From positions 1,437,345-1,501,344 of the forward strand of contig MU004237.1 in assembly GCA_010405405.1 (NCBI GenBank): a stretch of DNA of 64,000 bases. The letters run 5' to 3'. Of this stretch, positions 26,200-40,418 are shown one piece after another. The notes beneath the pieces were generated by a model. It saw only the letters and a list, made by a program, of their open reading frames with translations, did not search any database and was not told the origin of the DNA. Position 1 is the stretch's first letter. Every line of letters starts with the position of its first letter. Made by a program: the position numbers and the translations under genes. Source of the DNA: Microthyrium microscopicum. Its lineage: Eukaryota.

Positions 26200-27366
26200 A
26201 TGTCTTACGAGTACGCCAGCGCTGCGGTGAAGTGGGTTGTTTTAGCTGGCATCGTAGGCGCAGTATACACATACAACAAGCAACCCAAGAAACAGCCTGA
26301 CCGGAGGCAGACCGTTCGCGCCAGACAGGAAAATCCCCGTCAAAGCACCGAGCGACGCAACACCAATACTACTAAAGCGCGTCAACCAAAGACTAAATCA
26401 GAACCCTCCTCTACAGCTTCACCTGCGTCCTCCATCCCCATCTCTTACAACGACAAGGAGGAGAAAGAGGACATGTCCTGGGTCACAGAATTAGCCAGCA
26501 AAAAGAAAGGAGCAGCCCCTAGCAAGACTGCTCCTGTTCGCCAGCAAGACTCGCGCCTAAAGACCGTAAAGCAGTCCACTGCTAACAAAAAGGCCGCCGA
26601 ATTGTCCGGCGATACATCAACCACTGGCGCCGATGGCGATGACGATCGATCCTCAGCAAACTCTCCAGATCTCGCGTCCACCCAACATGTCGTACCAGTC
26701 GTTGGCGACATTCGAGATATGATGGAGCCAAGCAGTGACGGACCATCCGTTCTCCGCCTCACTGAGCCAGAAACCTTTATCCCCGCCCGCCAAAAGGCCC
26801 CAAAAAAAGAAGCACAACAACCTGAGTCCAAGAAGGCACGCCAGAACCGCAAGAAGGTGGAGGAGCGTAAAGAGGCGCAGAGCGAGATCGAAAAGGTTCG
26901 CAAATCTCAAATGGAGAACCAGCGTCGGTCTGCTCGTGAGGCTCGTGGTGAGCCCGCGAAGAATGGCCTCGGTGCACCTCCAGCAAACAATGCCTGGGAT
27001 GCCAAAAAGTCGGCAGCTCCTCATGCTAACGGCACTACCCTCTTGGACACATTTAGCCAAGAGACCCCCGCTACTGCCGGTGCTGAAATCAAACGCTCCA
27101 ATGGCTGGAGTTCTCAAAACCTGCCAAGTGAGGAGGAGCAAATGCGCATTCTCATGGAAGACGATGAAAGTGCCTGGAAAACGGTCTCAAAGAAAAAGAC
27201 CACCAAGCGCAAAAACACCGACTCTAACGATGAGGAAGGTGGAGCAGTCAAGCCACTCGAGCTTCTCCCAAAATCCGAACCAACTCAGTCCATTCCAGCT
27301 GAAAGCGCTATCGCCGATTCAAATGACGGCCACCAAGACGACAATGAGGGATGGACTGTCGCATAG
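26200..27366 (+). CDS. Hypothetical protein with N-terminal TM anchor and charged/coiled region
   Basis: 388-aa intronless ORF with strong coding-like composition. Confidence 0.8.
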   Translation: MSYEYASAAVKWVVLAGIVGAVYTYNKQPKKQPDRRQTVRARQENPRQSTERRNTNTTKARQPKTKSEPSSTASPASSIPISYNDKEEKEDMSWVTELASKKKGAAPSKTAPVRQQDSRLKTVKQSTANKKAAELSGDTSTTGADGDDDRSSANSPDLASTQHVVPVVGDIRDMMEPSSDGPSVLRLTEPETFIPARQKAPKKEAQQPESKKARQNRKKVEERKEAQSEIEKVRKSQMENQRRSAREARGEPAKNGLGAPPANNAWDAKKSAAPHANGTTLLDTFSQETPATAGAEIKRSNGWSSQNLPSEEEQMRILMEDDESAWKTVSKKKTTKRKNTDSNDEEGGAVKPLELLPKSEPTQSIPAESAIADSNDGHQDDNEGWTVA

Positions 27367-29099
27367 CAACCCAATATCCAAACCAACGTGTCATTGACCT
27401 GATTCTTACACGGCGTTTTCCATTGGCGGCATCCTCTGATACCGGCGTTCTTTCTGGGCACTACGCATTCACACGAAATGATACTGCTGTATTACAGAGC
27501 CTCGATTTTTCTACCATAAAAGATTTTTTTCAAACCTTTGGTTGGCGTTACGGATAGCCTGAAACGGCAGGCATGCTGGATTTTTGCGTCAACAAAACAC
27601 AACCAACAATACGTAAGTACCATTTTTTTCTACTTGCTTACATTGCTGGTGTGTGTGATTCTGCGTGTGGTTGAAGACGAGATATTATGCATTAGGATTG
27701 AGGATATATACTACTTGTACGATGGGAACTCTACCGGCTCCGGGGAATGGGGAACGGATCTGGCGAGACTGGCTCTGGGGAAGGGGAAATACTAGCAAGC
27801 GAGTAGTAGCTATTTGCTGACGATGGACGATTGTCTGTTATCGGAGCAAATTGCAGCTTTCTTGTTTTCTTTTGCTGGGCTGCTGGGGTCAAAGTGAACA
27901 AGTAGATGTTTTCAGGATAGGAATTGAAGAAGATGAACGATGAATGACTGGGATCGTGTTGCTACAAGTTGTATCTATCAGTTGTGGGTTTAAAATAGCT
28001 GCATCCAGAGCAGACAAATAGCTGCACCAAAAATCTGCATTACACAGGCTTTATCAGAATGTCCAGCGATACGAGAGACTTGTAAATTTAAGCTTATTCC
28101 TAGAAGCTGGACCTATCGATAGTAACTTGTTGATATAGATACTAGTTTATCTATTCCGTATGTGATATCAAAGAACTGCTTTGGGAATGATGATATAAGA
28201 ACGCGATTGACTACCTAGGTTTCGGGCAATGCGCCCAGAAGGCGAAAGTAGTGCTGATAGTGATGACACGATATAAAAAGTAGCTGATGTGCGGTGTGCT
28301 GATGTATCAAATGTCGGCCAGTGACAGGGCGAAGCAATCACATTGCTTGCCACTCAAACGCTATTAAAAAGAGCCTACAATGAAATATCCAGCTTGCCAA
28401 ATACTATACCAAAGCCATATAACAAAAGAGGCCAGAAGTTAGAAACGAAGATAGATTTAGTGTTGTTTCGAGTTGCAGATGCAATAAACTTTTGATAAAA
28501 CATACCTAGGTAGGCAAGTAGGCTAAATCCGTACCTGCCTTGAGCCTTGCCTCTTGCAGTGAGAGAGACTCACTAAACAACCCCTGTCAGTAACCAACCC
28601 TGGTACGTCGTGCCTTCCTAAGGCCAGATCAGCAGCTCTACTCTAGTACTCTCAAGTACACCACCAAACGCAGACCACCTTCAACCTCCACCACTTCTCT
28701 CCAAAAGACGCCCACCCAACTTTCTTCCATCAATATCCCCTCTTCTCTTACAAAGGCACGCTGCGACTGGCGGCGTTTTCATCTTACCTAGAACCCAGCG
28801 CCTTCATCTACACTGTGGACTTTGCTAGTGCAGTTGAGAGCTGAGAGCAACAGAAAGCTTGGTACGATATCCCTTGCTTCCCCATCAATCTTTCACAATA
28901 GAAGGTTTGGTTGCTGATTGCTTCTAGATTGTCAACAACGAAGCCTCATCCAGTTCAATTGACCGTATAGCGTTACGGTCTGATTTCTGGCTGAGTTGGA
29001 GCTGAGATAGCTTCTTTAGCCTGCTTCACCCTCTCTGTCTCTAAACTCCTCCCCTACGACCTCGCCTCGTTTCAACTCGGCTCATATTCAATCATCGCA

Positions 29100-30287
29100 A
29101 TGGCTCAGATTCGCGGTACAGCTGGTTACCATCTTGGTAACCAGCATCAATTCGGTGGCCCTGGCTCATCAGAAGCAACAAACGATCCCAGTCCACTTGA
29201 TGCTATCCGTGAGCAAACCAGCAAGATCGAAGACTTTCTCGACACCATGGCCGATCCTATAAAGCCGTACGTCTACCAAACATTAATAGCGCACTGCATT
29301 ACCTCGCCCTCACCCCAGCTCTCCCCGTACCGTGTCTCTCAAGCTCGCAAGATCGCTCTCTCTTGATCCACAAAACTAACAGAAGTTCTCTCAGTTACCT
29401 ACCAGCAATTGGCCGTTTCCTCATTGTCGTAACCTTCCTCGAAGATGCCCTCCGCATCATCACACAATGGAGCGACCAACTTCTTTACCTCCACGACTAC
29501 CGCCACAGTATGAGCATCACGAATTCCCGCCCATATAGTAGCTAACGTCTCCCAGTTCCATACGGCATAACCCACATCTTTCTCATTCTAAACGTCATCG
29601 CCATGACCGCCTCTTCCGTCCTCATCATCATTCGCAAACACTCAGAATACGCCGTCGCCGGTCTCGTCGGTGTCGTCATCACCCAAGCTCTTGGCTACGG
29701 TCTCATTTTCGACCTCAACTTCTTCCTCCGCAATTTGTCAGTCGTCGGTGGCCTCCTCATGGTTTTGTCAGATTCTTGGGTACGACAGAAGTTTGCGCCA
29801 GCAGGCCTACCGCAATTGGACGAGAAGGATCGAAAGATGTATATTCAATTAGCCGGTCGTGTGCTGCTCATCTTTCTCTTCTTGGGATTCGTGATTGCAG
29901 GCGAATGGAGCATTTGGCGCGTGGTGGTGAGCTTGTTTGGCTTTGTGGCTTGTGTCATGGTTGTGGTGGGCTTCAAGGCCAAGTTTAGTGCCATAATGTT
30001 GGTGCTATTGTTGAGCATTTTCAATTTGTTGGTCAACAACTGGTGGACGGTACGTAAATCTTCAGGTATTGCAAGGGAATCATACTAACATTAATTCCCA
30101 GCTCCACGGCCACCACCCCCACCGCGATTTCGCAAAGTATGATTTCTTCCAGATTCTCTCCATCGTGTAAGTATCTTCCCTGCCCGCCCACAATTAAATA
30201 CTGACATCCCATAGTGGCGGTCTTCTCCTCCTGGTCAACATGGGCCCTGGTTCATTCAGTGTTGACGAGAAGAAGAAGGTATATTAG
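29100..30287 (+). CDS. ERV29: SURF4/Erv29 ER cargo receptor
   Basis: PYLPAIGRFLIVVTFLED, FFLRNLSVVGGLL, YDFFQ and C-terminal di-lysine DEKKKVY; 5 coding exons; probable 5'UTR intron near 28862-28927. Confidence 0.93.
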
Positions 30288-31547
30288 AAAGGACCGAACG
30301 TGGCGAGATGGAAGGAGAATTGCACCTCGGAACAGCTGCAAAGGAAAGCGAATGACATGGAACGTTGCGAACGGGAGAAGTGGGGAGAAATGATGGGCAA
30401 TCGAACGAACAAAATATATTCCCCATGGCAGAGCAAGAAAACGCCCATTCTTCCTTATTACTCGTCTTCCTACGACTTGTCTCGCTCAATCCAAGAATCC
30501 TATGTATGATATTCATTCAAAAGCTCGGGAAACACATTGGCGTCCTGCGGAGTTTTGTATGCTTTTGCTTTTGGCTGCTGGCTATTTTAAGCCGCGTTGA
30601 GATAGTGATGAATGGATAGTGTCCTATACCTAACCTTGGCATCTTATTCGTGACGTCTGGCATATTTACGGGGATGCGAGTGATAAGTATGACTTCTAGG
30701 TTGAGATCAAGGATATACCGACAACCTGGTGAAAGGCAAGGCAAGCTAAAGATGTAGCCAGCCTTTTTATATCCTACTACACATTACATATTGTCAGTTT
30801 AACCAGTTGACCGGCCATCATCTTTCATGATAAAGTATCAGCAAACCGTCCTAATAGTGTCGTACGTAGTACTTCTCCATATTCCGCATCTATAAAACCT
30901 CCACATATCATCCTGTCAGCCATCAAAACTCTCAGTATCAGACACAAGAGTAATGAAGCATCCTTGGCACTGACCAGAACTAAACCAATCACTCACCGTC
31001 TCGTCCTCCCTCCCAAATCAGCCTTGCCAAGAATGATTCGGCCAGCCAATCAATGCATCTAAAAGCTAAGCCCCCACAATCTATAAGGCTGAGCAAAAGG
31101 CCCAGACCTTCAGCCGTATACTGCCAAGCAGCGCCCGCAGGTGGTATATCTCTCTTTGTCCAGTTATGTGGGTAGGAGGGATTAATTAAGCGAGATCAAG
31201 CAACAGTTCAAAACGAAACACAAGACGAACACAAGGAAGCTTGGTTCTTCAACGGCTAAGAGTATTTTAGTTTTCAGCTGTTTCTGGTGTGTTCATGCTT
31301 GTCGGGTTTGAACGCCACTAAGGATCATTTGATGCTCTTTTAGACAAGTCTCGCCTATTTTGAGATCTTGACTGCGATGAACAGTATAGTTACGAAGCCA
31401 CAGATATGTTTTAGTGATGTTGAAGGATTGGGCGTTTCTGAAGGATATTTAAATACATCTGTCTTTCCGCGCGATCTTGTGCCATTTCTTTCTAATCCAT
31501 CTTTCTCACAAACGACACTTGATCGCTCAGCCCAGATATCAGCAATC

Positions 31548-32472
31548 ATGACTCCTGTTCTAACACAAATTCTCTTCGGCACATCGTCGCTCCTTACTGT
31601 AACTCACGCAGAATCCTACCTCGTCGGCACCATTCACGATCTCCAAAAGCGCCAGCTGCCCGTCCAAGGCTGGGCTCTCGTCGAAGACGCCTGTCCCAGC
31701 GGCACTGGAACCTGCGGCCTACGCTCCTGCTGTCCAGTCGGCTCGTTTTGTGATACGGATTCGTTTACTAATTCCAATGTTTGCTGTCCGACTCGTAAGG
31801 TCTCCTTCGTTTTCTTGCATGCTCCCTACCTCCCCCCTGTCCAGTGTCACTCCAATAACTCGATATAATTATCCTTTGATCGCAATTCTTCATATCGGCA
31901 TACATACTACCTGCACCAGAGGGAGACGTTGCTGATGTAATGTGAATGAACAGGTGAATCATGCGGCTACAACATAATCAAAGAATCCCGCTGCGCCCTC
32001 GCCTCTTGGACGCTCTTCACCACCAGCAAAGATCCCATGTGCTGTATGCCTGGTGAAGTTGCCGTCAATCCAACTGCTAGTGAGAGTTATGGGCACTGTG
32101 TGGGTGCGGGTGCCAATGTGCCAGTAGGGAGTCAGGCTACTCTGGTGGGTTTCCCCTTTCCTTCGGTCCGGTTTGAGTGGTGGTATAGTTGTTAGGGATT
32201 CGGCTAACCTTTGGTGGTATGTTTAGATTGGAACGGGTGGCACGACAGCGCCTTATGGATCTGTGTATGCTGGTCCAACACCGACTGGAACGCCGATTGC
32301 GACACCGCTGGGGACGGGGACGAGAACAACGGCGACGGCGACGGGGTCGCAGACGGCGGGTAGTGCTGCGAGTACGAGTGCATTGACGACCAATGGTGGT
32401 AAGGTTGTTGGGTATAATATGGGTGTGCTGGCTGCAAGTGTTGTAGGAAGCTTTCTCTTAAGGTTGCTGTAG
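31548..32472 (+). CDS. Secreted Cys-rich, Ser/Thr-rich, probably GPI-anchored cell-surface protein
   Basis: Signal peptide, KR site, CCP repeats, Thr-rich linker and hydrophobic C-terminus; introns near 31795-31953 and 32145-32227. Confidence 0.8.
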
Positions 32473-32674
32473 TGGGTGATGTAGGAAAAAATGAGGTCGG
32501 AAATCGGCTAGAGTTGCTCGTTGATGATTGATATGAGGCTGGGCCGGGCATCAATTGCAATTTTATAATGCTGATGATTATTGCAAGTTGACGCGCTTGA
32601 TAGTAATTTTCGATATCGCGCGTACCGGTCTGTTGTTCGATGCTTGGAATTTGATCATATCTGTGGCATGGCTA

Positions 32675-34187
32675 TCATGATTGTGGATGTGTCTCGGTCC
32701 GGAGAGTCTTATGTCCCGCCTCTTTTGCACTTCCATCAACTGGCAGCGCCTTGTCCTGCTTCTCTGTAATCTCCTCAGATTGTGTCGCCTCCGGATCCGG
32801 CAGTATCAGCGTCAACCGTCTCCTAGTCTGATATAACGCAGTCTCCCAGTCTTCACTGCGGTTCGAAGATAACACGAGATGAGGAACTCGCGAGCTATGG
32901 CTGGTCATTGGCCGTTTGCCTGCCCATCCCAGTCGCCTGATCAAGGGAAAACAGATGAGGGCGTTTGCAACCTTTGACACGGTCAACAGCGAAATTAGGG
33001 TCTAACCAGGCTAATACATACAATCATGGCACTACTGAGGAATCGAATGGTCCATAGATGCCAGCCAGGTTTACTAGGATCTATCAATGCCAGTATCTTC
33101 AGGACAACACTACAAGCAATCTGAATGGTTAGTGATTGGTGAGGGTGGGAAATTGCGTGTGTCTTACTGTGAAAATAGCCAGTGCAAACATGCATCCCGC
33201 AAATAATTTCCTATAAAGTCATCCTCGTCAGTAGTTCAACCTGTCATGGTATCGTTGGAGAAGAACTTACTTGGACAATGGTAAATGTGTTCTGGCAAGC
33301 ATAACCGTTGGAACCAAAAATATGAGTAAGTTCGACGAAAGGTCGCAAACAATCTGTATGATAAAGTAATGATACCAATAAACACATTCCATCTCTGTTG
33401 CCTTGATTAGTCTCACTTGCGGATCTTGGATCACCCTGAGCTCTCACTGTCTGGGGGAATATCGGTCTTCATCTTGAATATTGTTGAGATTGGTCGACAC
33501 CAGCCACCGAAAAAGGCTACTAGAACGGTTATATATGTCAGGAAGACGTATATGCACAGAACTTGGACGACTCTTCGGTATGTTACTGCATATCTGTAGC
33601 ATACATCGTCAGTCAGTTTGTCTCATAACAATTAGGGAGGTAGGTTGAAGGGAGTTAACCTACTCGTATCGGTAGAAAATTATCAAGAAGCATGCTTTGA
33701 TAGCCCATAGCATGGTCTGAGTGCAAGTCTCAACAAGGATAATTAACGTTCCAATCTGTTTACCCGCCTGATGCGCTTCGGAAGGCTGTATTGATGCAAA
33801 GTTTATGTTTGAGATGACACCGTCGAACACGTAGATACCTACGACACTCATGATATATGTGCACTAGTGTTCAAATTGTCAGCACTTTCAGTATAAACAG
33901 CTTCGCTAGGAATGTTTTGATGGCAGCACCTTGGTGACAACATCTCGATTGTAACAGCAGATGTATGAATAAGAAATAGGAGAAACTTTACCAGCGCAAG
34001 AACCATAACACCATCATCAGCTCTTAGTTTTGAATATCGGAATCGCGTAAAACTAGACCTCATAATCAGTGCAAATCCACGAGACTAGACGAACCCCTTA
34101 CAAGCGAGCAGCTGTGACGAGTATAACGACAGCTAACCAAATGAACGCCTCTCTAGTGAGCGACGGTCTCGCAGGGTGAAGACCCAT
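32675..34187 (-). CDS. PTH11-like/fungal rhodopsin-domain integral membrane protein
   Basis: R..ADDGVMVLAL, LWAIKACFLIIFYR, FFGGWCRP and NVFITLSD-like motifs across several exons. Confidence 0.8.
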
Positions 34188-35370
34188 AGCAATCAGGTTC
34201 GTATGGCTCTATGCAAAGGTGACAGAACAGATTGTAACGAGCATATTGAGCCAGATACTTTCTGGATGAAGGACCAATGTCCGCTGTACGCTTATTTGAC
34301 TACATGGTGATAATTGTGGCACTATGTCTCCTTGGTTCAGGAGATATGTCCGGATTGGTAAGGATAGAAAACGGTGATGTTTATGTAGCTTTGTTTACGG
34401 CTTGGGGATTGGTGGGTTGTGTATTGTTGATTCTAGCTTACCAAGTTTGAAATGGGAACGAGTACAGCGTTAGTTAAGTTAGCTTGTTTGACGAGCTTGG
34501 TTGGAAAAAGTCTCTTAGGAGAACCCCGGATATAATAGCTTAGACCTTTCGAAGATGCACATTCGAGTACAGAGATGGAAGCTTATTTGATTATCTGCTC
34601 CCACCATGGGGGCAAATTTGGAGGTTGTAAGAAAAGCTTAATGAGTTGAACGAGGTCATGGTAGATAAAGGAGCAAAGGAAAAGGGGGGATACGATAATT
34701 TCCAACACTCTGAGAACAAAATATTGATGAGAGAAACATGTTGCTTGAACAGTTGACGTTGATGGATCGTGAGGTATTGAATGACTCGCTCTTGAAGTCT
34801 GATGGTCTGTGAGCCTGTGGCCGAATAATGAATATGCTATGCATGGCGATAGACAGGCAGCAGATGTTCAAAGCCCGATCTAATAGTCCCGAAACTTGGC
34901 TCTGTGGACTCTTTCTTTCTTGAAAATGTACATGTCTGAGAATATTTCGTCTGCCAGGGACTCAGGGGCTCGAGTCTCGAGTCTTGGTGGATTGCTGTAT
35001 GTCTGGGAAATGAGCAGGGGATTATATATATTTTCCATACTATTTCACTCGGGGTAACCGCATCAATATGAATAAACCTTTAAGCTTCAAGCAAAATACC
35101 TGTCGTACCAGTAGTCTTTTGTAAGAGGTGGACGACATGAGATGAAGTTGGAGGCTCAAGTCGTGACTCGTGGCGGAAATCCCAACCTCCTCGGGATTCC
35201 CTGCCCATCTTTGCCATGGCCCCTTGGTAACACCCATCCACCAAATCATGACGATTACGATGCATCGCATCGCTCTTTTTGCATGCATATTACCAATTGC
35301 GGCTCCATAATTAAGTGACAGTAGCATGGCTGACTCGAGATAGTTCGAACGGCTCAATAATGGGCTGGGC

Positions 35371-35401
35371 ATCCAAGGTATCCAAGGTATCCAAGGTATC
35401 C
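35371..35401. repeat. 9-bp tandem repeat (ATCCAAGGT)x3
   Basis: Visible directly. Confidence 0.85.
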
Positions 35402-36119
35402 CACGTTCTCTTTCCGCTCAAAGATGCTGGTCAGATCTTCACAAGGGCCAACACCACATCAAGATGATGGTTCCAGCGGAGCACCAGCATTAGTCTTCTT
35501 CTAGCTATGGATTGCACTTCAAGCAGAAAGAAAAGCTAGGACCAGATAGCCTTGTTGAACCAGACATGGCGTCTCTTCCTTCTCATTATTGCTGAGGACG
35601 AGAAAAACATGGGTATGCATCACACTACCATCCATCTCCAAACTGCTTATCGGGTGTCAATCGGCCAGCCGGATAAAGCGCTTGGGCAAGTGAATCAAGG
35701 AACCCATTATTCTGGCAAAGATAACGAGGAAACTCGAGACTTGGTTCCAAGAATATGCATGTCCATACCCCGCAGCTCAAGTGCACATTTTGGCCGCATA
35801 CCGTACTTTAGCATCCACCTGTGAGCTTTGAGTCTTGCTCTTGTCTTTTCCGAAACCAGCCTGGTGAACAAGGTACTTTTGCTTGAGTCCAGTACCGTAT
35901 GATAGGCTGTTACAACTCAAGTTGCATGAAAGCTCAAGAGCTAAGGTAGGCTTGCTCGTTCAAAAGCAGCGTAGATCGCACAATTCCTGGGCTCACAGCT
36001 TTTGGACTCTTTCTGTATCTTCACTGGCCCTTAACCTCTCTTGCTGGGTAATTGCCATTGTAGCTTCACCTTCGAACGCAGGTTTTGTCTATTGTGACTT
36101 CAATAAGATCTTGAGCAAA

Positions 36120-38082
36120 ATGATTGAGAGATTGAGTTCCCGAATATTGGCAGTAATCGCATCTGCGGTTCTATTACTCGATAGTGCACAGCATGGGGCG
36201 AGAGCTCAGGGAATCACTGGACAGGCAAACGAAACTACGCAATACACAGTCTATGCAACCTGTTAGTTCAATGTTGTAGCTCTTGATCGGTTACTATATA
36301 CTAATTGAATCAGTCATATATGCAAGAACCGGCGAACGTACACCACAGCTTATACCAGATCAAGAGCTCACGTTGACTTCCTTCGGCGCCCAACAAATGT
36401 ATAACCTGGTAAGTTTATAGCCCGTTGTGTGCTGGCAAAATCTAAATGTCCTCGAGGGTGGTTTCTTTCGAGATAGATACATTGGAACCGGAATATCGGC
36501 TCCTGCATATATGCCCGGCTTGAACACAAATCTCTACAGTGATGATCAAATGAGCGTTTTAGCACCCGACTGGGATTTTACGACCAAGTCAGCACTGGCT
36601 TTTATGCAAGCATTCTACCCGCCATATCGTCTAAACTCAAGCGGCGGTGAATTAGATCCTACTGCAATTATGGCGAGCAACAATTACCTGGACTGGCCAT
36701 CTGGTGGAACACAACTACCTCTCATACAAACATATTCAATTTACTCGCCCGAACGAATCTGGATAGATGGTGAAGACAATTGTCTTAATGGTGATATCTC
36801 ACGGAGCCTATATTACAACAGCTCAACCTATGTCCAAAATTTCTATCAAAGTCTCGATCTCTACAAGAAAATTGGACCACTATTCGCTGGAACGAATATT
36901 GATACCAGCGAATGGTCCTATGGTGAAGGGTGGAGCATCTACGAACTCCTAGAATATGAAAATCGACACAACAGTACTATCGCAGCAGCCTTATCCTCCA
37001 TTGGTGCATATAACGGATATCTCGAATTGCTTTCCGGACAAGCCAATTCCAAGCTATGGGATCTATATGGCAACACCTCCACAGTCACCAGCACCAATGG
37101 TGCATATATATCCAGCCCAATTCTCACCATGGGCGGCCAAACCCTCGCGGCCAAAATCCTCGGCATGCTGCAAAGCAGTATCGAAAACAACGCCTTCGTC
37201 AACAAAGTCACCTTCGTCGCTGGCGAATTCTACCCTATGCTCTCCCTCTTCTCCCTCCTCGGTCTAGGAGACTTCAACTCACGATTCCAAGAACTACCAC
37301 CCTACGGCTCCGCAATAGTCGTAGAAGTCTTTTCGTCCCTAGAAAATCCCCCACCAACTCCCGATCCCAGCAACCTGTACGTCCGCTTCCTCTTCCGCAA
37401 CGGCAGCGATCCAACCTCCTCCAACGCCGGCAACGTATCGCCTGACCTCGTGGCTTTCCCCATGTTCCACCGTGGCCCCTCCGGCACAGATATGTCCTGG
37501 AATGACTTCCAGACCGCGATGCAGAATATTCAGACAGGCAGTGTGCTGGATTGGTGCACACAATGTCAAGCGCAAACTCTCTTCTGTATACCCTTCCTTG
37601 ACGATTCCTCATCGACCACTGCTTCTGGCAAAAAGCACATATCCCCAGCTGTAGGCGGTGTAATCGGCGCAATCGTCACGCTCGCTATAGCGGGTATCCT
37701 AGTCGGCCTCCTGATGCTGTTTGGCGGTCTACGATTCTATAAAAATCCCAAGTCAGGCAAGAAATCTGCGCTAGGAGGTTTCAAGGGCTCTGCGAAATTA
37801 CACTCTGATGCAGATCTCAATATACCCAAAAATGGAGCACCTATTGGCATTTCTGTTCAAGATGTTGGTACCACGAAGAAGGGACATGAGCGCGTTGGTA
37901 GTTGGGAACTTAACCCCTCTGGCGAAGAGAAGGACAATGAGACGTCAGGGGCAGGATTCCATGGGCAGGGTCATCAGCGCTTTACTAGTTTGGGGAGCAC
38001 AGTTGTAGATAGACCGAGCTTTGAAGAAGATGATGGAGATGATCATATTGGTATGCCGGTTAGACCCAGGGAGAGTGTTTAG
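36120..38082 (+). CDS. Histidine acid phosphatase-superfamily protein with signal peptide and single TM, degenerate active site
   Basis: ARTGERTP in place of RHGxRxP; SALAFMQAFYPP; VRFLFRNG; TM GGVIGAIVTLAIAGILVG. Confidence 0.85.
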
Positions 38083-38674
38083 ATTTTACGCGATACCCTT
38101 TTCTTGATATTGTAACACTTTTCGTTGTAAATTTCTGGTTTTGTGCTTAATGGTAGGTATATGCTTGATTGTGTGCGGTTGATGGCATAGGCGTAATCAA
38201 TGTAATCGATGATATTCATCATAGAGTTATCTTTTGACGTTGCGTATGCTTCTTTGATGGTAAAAGAGTACTGCTGGCATCGACTCGGTAATCGCTGCAG
38301 ACACAATATGCGAGCTTAACATGCGTTATTAATTTCATAATATACTGCATGAGAGCTTTTCATGAACCTAATAGAAAGCTATGCTTTCAAAAGATCATGT
38401 TACCTCTCCATTAATCATTACAAATTCCGCAGTAAATGGAGAATCCTGCAGTAGCCTTTGGTGTTGACGCCAGCAGGTACCTCAACTTAGAGTCGTGAAT
38501 ACTTGGTTACTGACCAAGACTCCACTGGCTGAAAAATATTCAATTACCGTAGTTATTTAGCTCATTACGTTTTTGATAGCATTATCTGGCAAGAATAATG
38601 GCTTACAGTCATATATCGCAGCACTGGAGGTTATAATCGAATTTTGGTGAATTTCAAGCTAATTCTTCCACCCA

Positions 38675-38755
38675 TCCGAATTAGTCCAGTGGTTAGGATT
38701 CCGGTCTCTCATTTGAGCGACACCGGCGGCCCGGGTTCAATTCCCGGATTCGGAA
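38675..38755 (+). tRNA. tRNA-Glu(CTC) with 9-nt intron (38712-38720)
   Basis: Acceptor stem TCCGAAT/ATTCGGA, D arm, anticodon stem CCGGT/ACCGG with CTC, T arm CCGGG-TTCAATT-CCCGG. Confidence 0.95.
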
Positions 38756-38761
38756 TTTTTT
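38756..38761 (+). terminator. RNA Pol III oligo-T terminator
   Basis: T run immediately after the tRNA discriminator base. Confidence 0.8.
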
Positions 38762-40418
38762 GATCTCTTCTTTTACAAACGGAGAAACATTTATTTTTTT
38801 GGATCGTGGATATATGGCGATTAAAGCTTTTTTGAAGGTAAGAGAGAACTTATGTAGACAATACTGAAAAAAAGGTGATACGGAGTATGTGTGGTAGACA
38901 GCAAGCCCTAGATACTGTAACGATGTTGTTTGGTTGTATTGTCTAATGCATAGGTACATATCATTATTTTTGAATATGGAGCTGTTTTTGTTAGAAGTTA
39001 GGCGTTTCTTAGTAATCTTCTTCATGTGAGGAAGGGGATTCATGTGTTTAGAGCTCAATTATTTTCAAGCATCTACCTATTGACTCTAGGCATGCTTGCG
39101 TGACGACGCTACGATGCTTTGCAAAAGAAATCCCAGACATTTCAACAGAAAAGCTTCTTCCTTGGCCATGGTCGGCGGAATGTTAGAGATACATTTTACT
39201 TCATCCTTAGTAGCAGTAAAGGCTTGGCTTTCTCCCATGCATCGGCCATCGAGCTATTTGACAGCATAGTTCCCAAAATGCCTCGTTTGTCGAGCCATTG
39301 CCTGGAAAGAGGGTCCATTCATTGGTTCACATGTTAAATACGAGGATATAGAGCGTAATAAAGTCAACAGGTTGGAGTAAAAGACCTGGTCATGGTTGTT
39401 GGGACGATAGACCCCTAAGCTTTACTGTGCGGTGTATGGGCTGCCCCTTTTACAAGTAAACACTCATGTGGAACATGTACCCACCAATTTCTTCGTTTTC
39501 GTTCTTCCTAGCATTACCTTTCCATGACAGTAGTTTCAATGCTGATTCTTTTCCAGAGCCTCTGGCCTCGAAGGCATTGACATGAGCTTTGTCTCATCCA
39601 ATATGTTCCAGTGACTGTCTTGCGCTTTTCAACGTTTGAACACCAAGTCCATCTTATCAATAGTGTTTTAAGATCACTTATGGGGTAATTGTGTCTCTGT
39701 AAAGCACAAAGATAAATCACTCTTGTTTGGTCAATCTATTGACTTCATTCTAGGCACGAATACGATCTCTTAACCTATTCTGAGACCCTTCAGAAACGGA
39801 TTGTCGCCATCAGCATCCAGGTCACTTGGAATTATAGCATCAAAGCTCATATCCTAAGAAGATCTGCTTGATGGAACATTCCTTCGAACAGTGAAGGTTC
39901 ATCTGCTGTGTGATTAGGTGGGGGAAAGATTGAATGTTCCAATTGGTACAAACTGTCCTGAAGGCGGGACTTATATAGGTTAGGTAAGTACTCCGTACCT
40001 TAGTATGTTAGCAATTGGTTATACAATTGCGAAGTTCCTATCATCATAGAATCTCCATGTGCTATTCACATGAAGCTGAGATACCAAAGAAAGGTCAAAT
40101 GTATGTACCTACTCCAGAAGTAGTCGCAGCCAAGCTATAAGGCTTATAATAAGGCTGAGAATAAGGCTGAGGGAACCCATTGGCTGTCAGGCAACTAGCT
40201 CATCAACTTGATTATGTCAAGGCGCCATCCCCAATACAATTCGATAATGCCAAGACTCAACTGACTTCGCCTCCACCTTCTATTATCTCCAGCGCGAATT
40301 TTCCAAAACATGTCAAGGAGGCCGCATGAGAAGAATTAGTGCCATAGACTTTACTCCGTCTATTTCAAATCCTCCAGCTTGGCTATCCTAGGTTTGGCCA
40401 AAAAGCTGCAAACTGGAC

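Noticed and set aside
40135..40171. Short TAAGGCTGAGAA-type duplication
   Set aside because: Only 2-3 degenerate copies; an ordinary slippage product.
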